Positions 39,905-49,103 of a stretch of DNA of 64,000 nucleotides are shown here, piece by piece; within the stretch, counting starts at the first letter, position 1; each line of letters opens with the position of its first letter. The notes below the pieces were generated by a model. The model searched no databases. It was not told where the DNA came from and was given only the letters and a program-made list of their open reading frames with translations. Location: assembly GCA_050309605.1 (NCBI GenBank), contig JBNRMN010000033.1:64001-128000 (forward strand), given 5' to 3'. Position numbers and translations under genes: made by a program. This DNA comes from Anaerohalosphaeraceae bacterium (lineage in GTDB: Bacteria; Planctomycetota; Phycisphaerae; Sedimentisphaerales; Anaerohalosphaeraceae).

Positions 39905-42900
39905 ATGCATAAGTTACACCTATTCGGTTTGATGTCCTGTCTTGTCGTGTGTACAGGCATATCGGTTAAGGCGTCTTCTGTCGATCAGCGTCTTGAAGAA
40001 CTGCTTACTGCACCTTTACCCCATACGTTTCAGGACGCCCAAGCGCAGTGCGCAGCGCTATTTGAATCGGGGTCAGAGGCGATTGTGTCCTTGTGTCGAA
40101 TGCTCGATGCGGTCGAAGATGACACCCGTCAGCGCACATTGCTGCAGACGGCGGCGGCCTATGTTGGACAAGACGGCCGTCTTGCCGAGCGGACCCTGTT
40201 TATTCAGGCGATTGCCCAAGCGCTGAAACAGACATCGAATAAAGAAACACAGACCTTTTTGATTGAACTGCTGCAATGGGCCGGCGATGACCGCAGCATT
40301 GCGGTGCTGTCGGGTTTTCTGACCGATGGCCGTCTGTGCGGCCCGGCTGCGCGTGCCCTGACGACTCTGGGAACCCCTGCCGCAGCACACGCCTTAACGG
40401 CTGCACTGAACCGGCCGCAAACCGCCGACCGATCCGCCGTGATTTTGGGTCTCGGAATGCTGCGCGCCGAACACGCCGCCGAGACCATCGCGCCGTACAG
40501 CCGGGATGCCGATGCGACTGTGCGGCACAGTGCGCAGTGGGCACTGGCCAACATCGGCTATGAACCGACCGCAACGGCAATCTTCGAGGCGATGACAGCA
40601 GCTTCCGGTTACCCCAAAGCACAAGCCGCATCGCTTTACATTCTGTTGGCTCGACGTCTGGCACAAAAAGGACAGACCGACGCCGCCGCGGCGATGTGCC
40701 GTAAAATCCTGGCGGACCGGGGGGATACCGCAATCGCGGTTTCGATTCAGGCGGATGCACTGGATACGCTGGTCACCGCCGTCGGTGCAGCGGCATTAAC
40801 CGATCTGCTAACCGCCGCCGGCAGTGAGAACCGGTCGCTCCAGGTTGCCGCCGTCAACCTGGCTGACAGGATTGACGGCTCTGGCGCTACGGAACGCTGG
40901 GTCCGTTTGCTGGCCGAAGCCGATGCGTTTTCGGTCGAACATATTGCGGCGATGCTGGGACGGCGCGGCGACCGCTCGGCGCTGCCGTCGGTATTGGGGC
41001 TGCTCTATCACGCTGATGATTCGGTCGCCGCCTCTGCGATGACCGCTGCCGTTCGCTTGGATCAAGAGAAGGCCGTCGAGGCGATCGTGGCGATGCTGCG
41101 TGAAACCGACCGTCCACAGCGCATTGCCGAAGGGGTGGATGTGCTGATGCGCCTGCCGGGCCACGAGGCGCTGCGGGCTGCGGCCCAATCGCTTGCCGCG
41201 ATGCCGCCGGCAAGTCGAATCAAAGTCATGGAAGGGCTGGCCGGCCGCCGTGCCGCTGGATATTCTTCCTTTATTCTCGAACAGGCGGTCGATGCCGACC
41301 CGACCGTCAGACGAGCGGCCATACGGGCGTTGATGTTTTGCGCCGCTGCGGATGATCTGCCTAAGTTGCTCTCGCTGATGCTTGATTCTGACGATCGCGC
41401 CGAGCAGGCCGGTCTTCAGCGGGCTGCGGTGGCGGCGGCCCATCAACACCCCGACACCGAAAAACGAGCCGATCCGATTCTGGAACGTTTGTCGCAGGCC
41501 GACGATTCGGACAAGGCCGTGTTGATTCGAACGGTCGGTCAGGTCGGCGGACCCGAAGCGCTCAGAACGGTGCGCCAGTATGTCAACAGCGACGATTCCG
41601 ACATCAAAGACGCCGCCATCCGTGCCCTGGCTGACTGGCCGGATGTCTCGGCGGTCGAGGGATTGATGGAAGTGGTTCGAACCGAGGAACTCCGCTATCA
41701 GGTCATTGCCCTGCGCAGTGCCTTGCGGCTGGTGCAAAACAGCGAGTTGCCCCCGCGGCGAAAAGTCCAACTGGCAAAACAGGCCCTGGAGGCCGTCTCA
41801 CGTGAGGGCGAAAAACAGCTTATCCTGTCCTTCCTGAGTCAGGTTAAATCCAACAGGGCGCTGACCCTGGCGGCGCATTATCTGGACGACCCTGCGCTGC
41901 GTCCGGCTGCGGCCGCGGCGGTTGCCCGCATTGCGCTGCCCGATGGCGACCATCAGGGACTGGATGGTGTCTATGCGGCCAACGTGCTTACGGAGTCCGT
42001 TGATGCGCTGACGGATGAACAATTACAGCAGCAGGTACGCGATTATCTGAACACGCTGCCGCCGCCGTCGAAGCCTCAAACCAAAACACCGCCCGATGGG
42101 TTTACCGCGTTGTTCAATAACCAGGATTTGACCGGCTGGCAGGGCGTTCTGCTTCCGCCGTATGACAATCCTATCCGGCGGGCACGTCTGAGCGATTCGC
42201 AGCGAGCCGAACTGCAGGCCAAGGCCGATGCTCTAATGCGAAAACACTGGCACGTCAAAGACGGTCTTCTGTATTTTGACGGCGGCGGTTTTAGCCTGTC
42301 AACGACAGAAGACTATCGGGATTTTGAGCTGTATGTGGATTGGAAGATCGCCCCGCACGGCGACAGTGGTATTTATTTGCGCGGCGCGCCGCAGGTGCAG
42401 ATCTGGGACCCGGCCGACTGGCCCGAAGGGTCCGGCGGCCTGTACAACAATCAGAATAATCCATCCAAACCGCTTGTCCGTGCCGATCACCCCATCGGCC
42501 AGTGGAACACATTTTTCATCCGAATGATCGATCAGCACGTTACGGTGTTTCTTAACGACACGCTGATCGTGGACAACGTCGTTCTTGAAAACTATTGGGA
42601 TCGCCGCCGTCCGATTTTCGCCGCCGGCCCGATTGAACTGCAATGCCACGGCGATCCGGTCTGGTTCAACAATATCTTCGTTCGCCGCATCCGGCCGCAG
42701 GAGACCGGCGGGGTATCCCTGTTCAACGGACGCGACCTGACCGGCTGGGTTGGCGATACCGCCGGTTATGTCGTTCAGGACCAAACCCTCATCTGGCGGG
42801 GCGGCGGCAATCTCTATACGGAACAGGAATATGACGATTTCCATTTCAGATGTGAATTTCGCCTTACTCCCGGCGCCAACAACGGCATCGGTATTCGCTC

Positions 42901-43267
42901 GCCGCGGCAGGGCAATCCGGCCTATGACGGGATGGAGATCCAGATTCTCGATGACACCGCCGACCGGTACGCCGACTTGCAGCCGTATCAATATTGCGGC
43001 TCGATTTATGGCGTCGCCCCGGCCCGGCGCGGCCGCCTCAAGCCCGTCGGCCAATGGAATGCAATGGACATCATCGCCGACGGGCCGCGGATCACCGTCA
43101 TCCTCAACGATACAGTCATTGTGGATGCGGACTTGACGCAGGCGATTGAGCAGGGCACGATGGACGGTCGCGACCATCCCGGACTGACCCGAACCGGCGG
43201 CCATATCGTCATCCTCGGCCATGGCACCGAAGTGGCGTTTCGCAATATTCAAATCAAAGAACTGTAA
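39905..43267 (+). CDS. Secreted HEAT-repeat protein with two C-terminal DUF1080 (3-keto-disaccharide hydrolase-like) domains
   Basis: Signal peptide, Ala/Leu-rich HEAT-like repeats, two copies of LFN(G/N).DLTGW...(D/N)(S/N)GI...(F/W)(N/R)NI. Confidence 0.88.
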   Translation: MHKLHLFGLMSCLVVCTGISVKASSVDQRLEELLTAPLPHTFQDAQAQCAALFESGSEAIVSLCRMLDAVEDDTRQRTLLQTAAAYVGQDGRLAERTLFIQAIAQALKQTSNKETQTFLIELLQWAGDDRSIAVLSGFLTDGRLCGPAARALTTLGTPAAAHALTAALNRPQTADRSAVILGLGMLRAEHAAETIAPYSRDADATVRHSAQWALANIGYEPTATAIFEAMTAASGYPKAQAASLYILLARRLAQKGQTDAAAAMCRKILADRGDTAIAVSIQADALDTLVTAVGAAALTDLLTAAGSENRSLQVAAVNLADRIDGSGATERWVRLLAEADAFSVEHIAAMLGRRGDRSALPSVLGLLYHADDSVAASAMTAAVRLDQEKAVEAIVAMLRETDRPQRIAEGVDVLMRLPGHEALRAAAQSLAAMPPASRIKVMEGLAGRRAAGYSSFILEQAVDADPTVRRAAIRALMFCAAADDLPKLLSLMLDSDDRAEQAGLQRAAVAAAHQHPDTEKRADPILERLSQADDSDKAVLIRTVGQVGGPEALRTVRQYVNSDDSDIKDAAIRALADWPDVSAVEGLMEVVRTEELRYQVIALRSALRLVQNSELPPRRKVQLAKQALEAVSREGEKQLILSFLSQVKSNRALTLAAHYLDDPALRPAAAAAVARIALPDGDHQGLDGVYAANVLTESVDALTDEQLQQQVRDYLNTLPPPSKPQTKTPPDGFTALFNNQDLTGWQGVLLPPYDNPIRRARLSDSQRAELQAKADALMRKHWHVKDGLLYFDGGGFSLSTTEDYRDFELYVDWKIAPHGDSGIYLRGAPQVQIWDPADWPEGSGGLYNNQNNPSKPLVRADHPIGQWNTFFIRMIDQHVTVFLNDTLIVDNVVLENYWDRRRPIFAAGPIELQCHGDPVWFNNIFVRRIRPQETGGVSLFNGRDLTGWVGDTAGYVVQDQTLIWRGGGNLYTEQEYDDFHFRCEFRLTPGANNGIGIRSPRQGNPAYDGMEIQILDDTADRYADLQPYQYCGSIYGVAPARRGRLKPVGQWNAMDIIADGPRITVILNDTVIVDADLTQAIEQGTMDGRDHPGLTRTGGHIVILGHGTEVAFRNIQIKEL

Positions 43268-43302
43268 AACAGCACGGTACATTCGGATAAAGGAATATGG
43301 TT

Positions 43303-44235
43303 ATGGATCGAAGAGCATTTTTGACAACCGCTGCGGCGGCCGGATTGTCGATGACCTCCACATCGGCCGCACAAGCGGAATCGTCTTCTCAGAACGGCAG
43401 CCGCCGACCCCATCGCATTGCCGCAGCCACGTATTCATTCTGGCATTTTGACCCCAGCCAGCGGATGCCGATTGATCAGTGCATTCGCCATTCGGCCGAG
43501 TTGGGTTTTGACGGCGTCGATATTCTGCACGCTCAGATGACCGATGAATCCAACGCCTACCTGCAATCGCTCAAGCGGTTGGCCCTGGTCTGCGGCCTGG
43601 ATTTGTGCAATCTGAGCACCCATCAGGGCTTCGTAACGCCCGACGCCGGGCGGCGGCAGCGCAGCGTGGACCACACCCTTCGCTGTATCGACATCGCCTA
43701 CAAGCTGGGCATTCCCTGTATCCGCATCAGCGCCGGACGGTGGGGAACCTCGGCCAATTTTAATGCATTGATGGCCAACAAAGGCATTGAGTCGCCGCTG
43801 GAGGGCTATCGCGATGAGGATGCCTACCCCTGGGTGATCGAGAGTCTTGAAAAATGCCTGCCGATGGCCGAACAATGCGGCGTAACGCTTGCGCTGGAGA
43901 ATCATTGGGGGCTGGCCCGCACGCCCGAAGGTCTGCTGCGAATTGTCAACGCGATTGATTCGGACTGGCTCAAAGTGCTGATGGATACCGGCAATTTTTT
44001 GGACGATCCCTACGATAAGCTTGAAAAAATCGCTGCCCAGACGGTTTTTGTGCAGGCCAAGACCTATTTCGGCGGCGGTGTCTGGTACACCCTGGATCTG
44101 GACTACGACCGCATCGCCGCAATCCTCAGGAAACACAACTATCAAGGTTATATTTGCCTTGAATTCGAGGGTAAAGAAGACTGGCGAACCGCACTGCCCA
44201 AAAGTCTGGCATTATTACGGCGAGCCTTTTCCTGA
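43303..44235 (+). CDS. Tat-exported sugar phosphate isomerase/epimerase family protein
   Basis: DRRAFL signal, LENHWG, DTGNF, QAKTY, LEFEG. Confidence 0.9.
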   Translation: MDRRAFLTTAAAAGLSMTSTSAAQAESSSQNGSRRPHRIAAATYSFWHFDPSQRMPIDQCIRHSAELGFDGVDILHAQMTDESNAYLQSLKRLALVCGLDLCNLSTHQGFVTPDAGRRQRSVDHTLRCIDIAYKLGIPCIRISAGRWGTSANFNALMANKGIESPLEGYRDEDAYPWVIESLEKCLPMAEQCGVTLALENHWGLARTPEGLLRIVNAIDSDWLKVLMDTGNFLDDPYDKLEKIAAQTVFVQAKTYFGGGVWYTLDLDYDRIAAILRKHNYQGYICLEFEGKEDWRTALPKSLALLRRAFS

Positions 44236-44445
44236 GGAATGCTTAAAAACCTCCCGCCGTGTCGCGATGGGCGGCCCTATTGCCCTGGGGGCTTTTTCGC
44301 TTTGAGACCTTCCGCTCAGCAAGTCTGCGCCGATTTTCTGGCATCAAATTCATCGTATTTTTGAAAAAAGAGTGAAAATTTTCCGTTTTTTCCGTCTTAA
44401 ACTTACATACGCGGTACAAAAAGTCCAAACGAAAGAGGTCTTTCA

Positions 44446-45000
44446 TTGCATCACAAATCGTCAGAAAACGGCAAAGCGGATCGGTATGAGCGGTTTCTGG
44501 AACTTTATTCGGTCAACCAGAAGCGGGTATTTGTGTACATTTTGAGCCTTGTTCCGAATCGCCAGGACGCCGAAGATCTGCTTCAGCAAACGATGATGGA
44601 GATGTGGAAACTGTTTGACCGGTTTGAGCCGGGGACCGATTTTGTATCGTGGGGGCGGGCCATCGCCCGATTTCAGGTGTTGAAGTTTCGCGAAAAACAG
44701 CAAAAAGAAAAAGGCGTCTTGTTTCTCAACGATGAGGCGTTTCAGGTGATTCTGCGGGAATCAAGCCGCCTTCAGGATGATTCGAATGATCGTTTGGCGG
44801 CGCTGGGCGGCTGTCTGGGCAAGCTCAGGGATCGGGATAAATATATGCTCAGTCTTCGTTATGAAGAGGGATTGACCTATCATCAGATTGCCGAAAAGCT
44901 GGGCCGTTCGATGACCATGGTTTATAAAATGATGACGGCCATTCACACGGCGTTGCTGCACTGCATTCATCAGACCCTGTCTTTGTGGGATGCGCAATAA
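44446..45000 (+). CDS. ECF sigma-70 factor
   Basis: AEDLLQQT..W, FVSWGRAIARF, region 4 RYEEGLTYHQIAEKL. Confidence 0.92.
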   Translation: MHHKSSENGKADRYERFLELYSVNQKRVFVYILSLVPNRQDAEDLLQQTMMEMWKLFDRFEPGTDFVSWGRAIARFQVLKFREKQQKEKGVLFLNDEAFQVILRESSRLQDDSNDRLAALGGCLGKLRDRDKYMLSLRYEEGLTYHQIAEKLGRSMTMVYKMMTAIHTALLHCIHQTLSLWDAQ

Positions 45001-46694
45001 TGGACCGCGACGAGAAAACGCGATTTGAGGAGTTGGTTTTGGTCGCTCTTGAAGGCGAGCTTTCGGAGCGTCAGCGTCAGAGGCTGAATCAACGGCTCAT
45101 TGAAGATCCCGACGCGGTCGGGCGGTATCTGGAGTTGATCCGCTTATATGCGGAATTGTCGCCGTACGGGGATGCCGGGCGAATTTGTACCCTGTCTGAA
45201 ACATCGGACAGTTCAGCGACGGAATATGACAGACTGCTGCATTTTCTGGCCGAGGATGAACATACAGCGCCCGCACTGATCTGCGAGGTGAACAAACACG
45301 AATCGCCCCGCGAACAGATCCCCAAAGTTGAGAAGGTCCAGCGTCAGAAGATAGAATATAAGATGTCCCGCTCGTCGCGGTTGATGCTGGCCGCGGCGGT
45401 CGCGGCGTCGTTGTTTATTGTCTTGTTTCTGCGGATGTCCACGCCGGCGGCGGTGGACGTGGCGACCGTTGTGGATAGTATGAACGCGGCGTATGCCGGC
45501 AATCGTGAGATTCCGATTGGGAAACGACTGGCCAGCCGACGGGATTCGCTGTGGCTGCAAAAAGGGATTGTCAAAATTGCGTTTGATTACGGTGCGGAAG
45601 TGGTCATCGAGGCGCCGGCCGAGTTTACGCTGAAGACCGCCGATGATATGACGCTGCATTCAGGGCGTGTGTTTGTTCATGTGCCGAGCCGATCCAAAGG
45701 ATTTCGGGTGGATACGCCCAGCGCGACAGTCATCGACCTGGGCACGGAGTTTGCCATCAAGGTCGATCATGACGGTTCAAGCGATGTTCATTTGCTCAGA
45801 GGCAGTGCGTCGCTGATCCCCGGCGTCAAGGGTCAGACCGGCCCCGGACAGATCCTGCTGGCCGGCCAGGCCCGACAAGTCGATCCGTCCGGGCGAGTGG
45901 AAGCAATTGCGGTCACACGTGAGGCGTTTGTGCATGACATCAATTCCGGAGCCGGTGTTGTCTGGCGCGGACAGCGTCGGATCAGCCTGGCGGATGTGGT
46001 CTGCGGAGGCGTCGGTTTCGGAACGGGCGATCCTGACCGTGTGATTGACCCGACCGATGGACATGTGGCCGCTTATGTGGATCGCGGTCAAAGCGTCGGC
46101 TTTGGCTCAGGCACATTCCATCGGGTGGAGGCCTTGAACTATATTGACGGCGTCTTTGTTCCGGATGGCGGCGACGGCCCGATTCAAATCAGTTCCGAAG
46201 GAACATTGTTTGCCGATTGTCCGCCCACATCGGGACGATTTCGAAAAGCCATTACCGTCCTGAACAAGGTGTACGATTCAGAAGGGGGGACGCTGGCGAT
46301 CGGCGATACAGCGTACGGTTATCCGCATCAGCCGGCGATCTCCATGCACGCCAATATGGGTATTACCTTTGATCTGGACGCGATACGAAACGACCTGCGG
46401 CGCGTGGACATCGCGTATTTTGAGGCGCTGTGTGCCATTGCCGCTCAAGGGGAAAATGAGCCGTCGCAAACCGGCAGGGCGGATTTTTGGATATTGCTCG
46501 ACGGTCAGGTGCGCAAACGGATTATCGGCGCTGCGACGGGATTTTCGGACACCGTTCGTATTCCGATTGGGCCGACCGACCGTTTTTTGACTCTGGTTAC
46601 GACGGATCATCAGCAAGCCGGAGAAAGCGACCCCATTCATTCGGATCGATGTTTTTTCGGCAATCCTGTTTTAGGTCTTGAAGCGCACCCGTAG
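45000..46694 (+). CDS. FecR-domain anti-sigma factor with C-terminal NPCBM-like carbohydrate-binding domain
   Basis: Coupled to the sigma gene (TAATG); single TM; GAEVVIEAPAEF, VIDLGTEF; HANMGITFDLDAIR...DRFLTLVTTD. Confidence 0.82.
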   Translation: MDRDEKTRFEELVLVALEGELSERQRQRLNQRLIEDPDAVGRYLELIRLYAELSPYGDAGRICTLSETSDSSATEYDRLLHFLAEDEHTAPALICEVNKHESPREQIPKVEKVQRQKIEYKMSRSSRLMLAAAVAASLFIVLFLRMSTPAAVDVATVVDSMNAAYAGNREIPIGKRLASRRDSLWLQKGIVKIAFDYGAEVVIEAPAEFTLKTADDMTLHSGRVFVHVPSRSKGFRVDTPSATVIDLGTEFAIKVDHDGSSDVHLLRGSASLIPGVKGQTGPGQILLAGQARQVDPSGRVEAIAVTREAFVHDINSGAGVVWRGQRRISLADVVCGGVGFGTGDPDRVIDPTDGHVAAYVDRGQSVGFGSGTFHRVEALNYIDGVFVPDGGDGPIQISSEGTLFADCPPTSGRFRKAITVLNKVYDSEGGTLAIGDTAYGYPHQPAISMHANMGITFDLDAIRNDLRRVDIAYFEALCAIAAQGENEPSQTGRADFWILLDGQVRKRIIGAATGFSDTVRIPIGPTDRFLTLVTTDHQQAGESDPIHSDRCFFGNPVLGLEAHP

Positions 46695-46740
46695 GTGTAT
46701 GAAAAGAAAGTGATGAACATTTTTTTTCGGAGGTACGATT

Positions 46741-48885
46741 ATGAAACACACTATTATGTTGCTGACCATTGCGTTTGTTTCTGTGTGGAGCCAGGCGCAG
46801 CCGGTATCGTTGGTTCAGAACGGCGACTTTGAACAGTGGACCGGCGGCCTGCCGGACAACTGGCTCAAAGGCAGCCCGGTGACGCTGGCCTCGTCGTCGC
46901 TGCTGAACGGGTCGGCTTCCGTGCTGCTGAACGCGGTTTCCGGGGACTCCAATAACCAGTACTTCAGGCAGGGTTTTTCAAGCTCGGTTGCTGACGGGAG
47001 TTATTTTTACGTTGCTTTTGACATCGCTTTTCAAACCGCCGCCAGCGGACGCGACTGGAATCTCAATATGACGGCGGGGGGCACGACATCGGTCTTTAAT
47101 ATGTATTACCGAACGGATACGCTGTATATCTACAACGGCTCGGCGTGGGTTCCCATCGACTCCACCGGTGTGATGACGGCGAGCCATTTTTCCGCTGAAG
47201 TAGTTCATCCCTATCGGATCATCATCGAGGGAATCTGGCTCGGCTCGTATGCGCTGACTATCATTGATCTGGATACAGAGACCGTGCTGCTGAACCAAAC
47301 GGGGTTGAGCCATTATCAACGCCAGGAGAATGCATCGTTCATCAATTTCGATCTCAGTCGCGGGGTCAATCAGATTCTGATTGATAATGTGGCGGTTTAT
47401 CCTCAGAATCCCGATTTGCCGGTCGTGGATGCAGGGTTGAACACCACCGTCGAGCTGCCTGACAACAGTGTGACGCTGATGCCCGCAGTCAGCAACACCG
47501 ACACCCCCGATGAAGCGCTGAGTGTCCAGTGGTCTCAAGTCAGCGGGCCGGCGCTTTCGTTCAGCACGCAGTCCGGCGAAACGGCCGCTGACCTGAATGC
47601 GAGGGCGATTTTTGACGGCGGTCGCGGCCAGTACGTCCTCAAACTGACGGTAACCGACGAGCGGGGATTGACCGGTGAAGACACGATCAACATCCGCGTG
47701 AAGGACCCGGCGATCGATGATGTCCTGCTGGGGCATTGGGGATTTGAGGCATTGTCCGGCGTCGTGGCGGCGGATGCGCTGGATGCGGCCGCGGGCAATG
47801 TGGTGGCCGATGACGGCTTTCTTGCCGGTGTGACCGACCCGAATCTGCCTCAGTGGACTTCCGGCTGGGTTGGCGACGGCGCGCTGGAATTTTTCGGAGG
47901 CCAGCTTGTCGATGTGAACGACGTGGCCGCGCAGGATCCGAATACCAAGTCGCTGCGGTGGGAGATGACGGTGGCCGGATGGATCAAGCCCGATCCGGAA
48001 AGCGGAGGCTATCGAACGCTTGTCGGTCGATTTTCGCCGTTTAATTGGGTTCTGCGAAAAGCGGAAACCAGCCCGTATGCGGAATTGGTGCTGCAGATGG
48101 ACGATACGCAGGTCTGGCTGACCGGTACAACCGATATTCTGGATGGTTATTGGCATCACCTGGCCGGAACGTTCGACGGTCGCCGCGCCGTGCTCTACGT
48201 GGACGGTCTCGAAGAGGCTGCCGTCGAGCTGGGGCGCGACTTGATCCAGGTAAGCCTTGAGTCCGATTTGGCAATCGGCGGACGGCGCGACCGAAATCAT
48301 TTCCTGGCGGGTTTGGCCGACGATGTGCGGCTGTATAGCTACGCTCTCGGAGCCGATCAGATTCTTGAACTGGTACAATTGGGAGTCAATGTTCCGCCGC
48401 GCGTTCAGATTGATCCCGATATTCCCACGTATCTGGTCAAGCAGTTTAACGATACCGTTGAACTGACCGCGGAGATTATTGAGCCAAACCCCGATGATGT
48501 GATTGCGGCGATGTGGTCGGTTGTCGAACCGGAACTGGCTGCGTTTGTCAGCTTCGGCGACCAAACGGCCGTCAATACCACCGCCACCTTTGCGCAGGCC
48601 GGCGTCTATACCCTGCGGCTGACTGTCAATGACGGCCTCGCCGGGCTGGAAGACGATATTTTTGACGACATCGTCATTACCGTCAATGAACCGGTCTGTG
48701 AGGATTTGCTGGTCTATAACGAAGACCTCGGACGCTACATCAACCCCTATCTCAGCGCCGACATCAGCGGGCCGGACGGCAGACCGGATTGCTATATCGA
48801 TCTTCACGATGTGGCGATGATGGCGTCGAACTGGCTGTTGTGCAACGATCCTGAAGGCGAAGGTTGTATCCTGCCGCTGGACTAA
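46741..48885 (+). CDS. Secreted protein with PKD/Ig-like and LamG-like domains and a dockerin-like tail
   Basis: Signal peptide; PVVDAG..WSQVSGP; WHHLAGTFDG..LYVDG..DDVRLY; ADISGPDGRPDCYIDLHDVAMMASNWL. Confidence 0.82.
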   Translation: MKHTIMLLTIAFVSVWSQAQPVSLVQNGDFEQWTGGLPDNWLKGSPVTLASSSLLNGSASVLLNAVSGDSNNQYFRQGFSSSVADGSYFYVAFDIAFQTAASGRDWNLNMTAGGTTSVFNMYYRTDTLYIYNGSAWVPIDSTGVMTASHFSAEVVHPYRIIIEGIWLGSYALTIIDLDTETVLLNQTGLSHYQRQENASFINFDLSRGVNQILIDNVAVYPQNPDLPVVDAGLNTTVELPDNSVTLMPAVSNTDTPDEALSVQWSQVSGPALSFSTQSGETAADLNARAIFDGGRGQYVLKLTVTDERGLTGEDTINIRVKDPAIDDVLLGHWGFEALSGVVAADALDAAAGNVVADDGFLAGVTDPNLPQWTSGWVGDGALEFFGGQLVDVNDVAAQDPNTKSLRWEMTVAGWIKPDPESGGYRTLVGRFSPFNWVLRKAETSPYAELVLQMDDTQVWLTGTTDILDGYWHHLAGTFDGRRAVLYVDGLEEAAVELGRDLIQVSLESDLAIGGRRDRNHFLAGLADDVRLYSYALGADQILELVQLGVNVPPRVQIDPDIPTYLVKQFNDTVELTAEIIEPNPDDVIAAMWSVVEPELAAFVSFGDQTAVNTTATFAQAGVYTLRLTVNDGLAGLEDDIFDDIVITVNEPVCEDLLVYNEDLGRYINPYLSADISGPDGRPDCYIDLHDVAMMASNWLLCNDPEGEGCILPLD

Positions 48886-48890
48886 GGCAT

Positions 48891-49034
48891 CGTAAAGAAA
48901 TCAAACGACTGAATGACGAATCATCAAACCACGAAAGGCACGAAGAAACACGAAGATTTGAGTGAGCTTAAAAGGGTGTTCTTCGTGATCTTCGTGTTCT
49001 TCGTGGTAAAAAAACAGTCAAATTATTTTTTACG
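48891..49034. repeat. Intergenic long imperfect palindrome with ~9-bp CACGAA(GAA) periodic arms
   Basis: 48928-48956 ACCACGAAAGGCACGAAGAAACACGAAGA versus 48980-49007 TCTTCGTGATCTTCGTGTTCTTCGTGGT; weaker outer pair CGTAAA..GACTG / CAGTC..TTTACG. Confidence 0.85.
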
Positions 49035-49103
49035 GCTTATGAGACCAAGCGTAGATTGACGGTTCGAAGCGATGAAATAAATGACGGCAAGAAAGGTGAA
49101 TTT

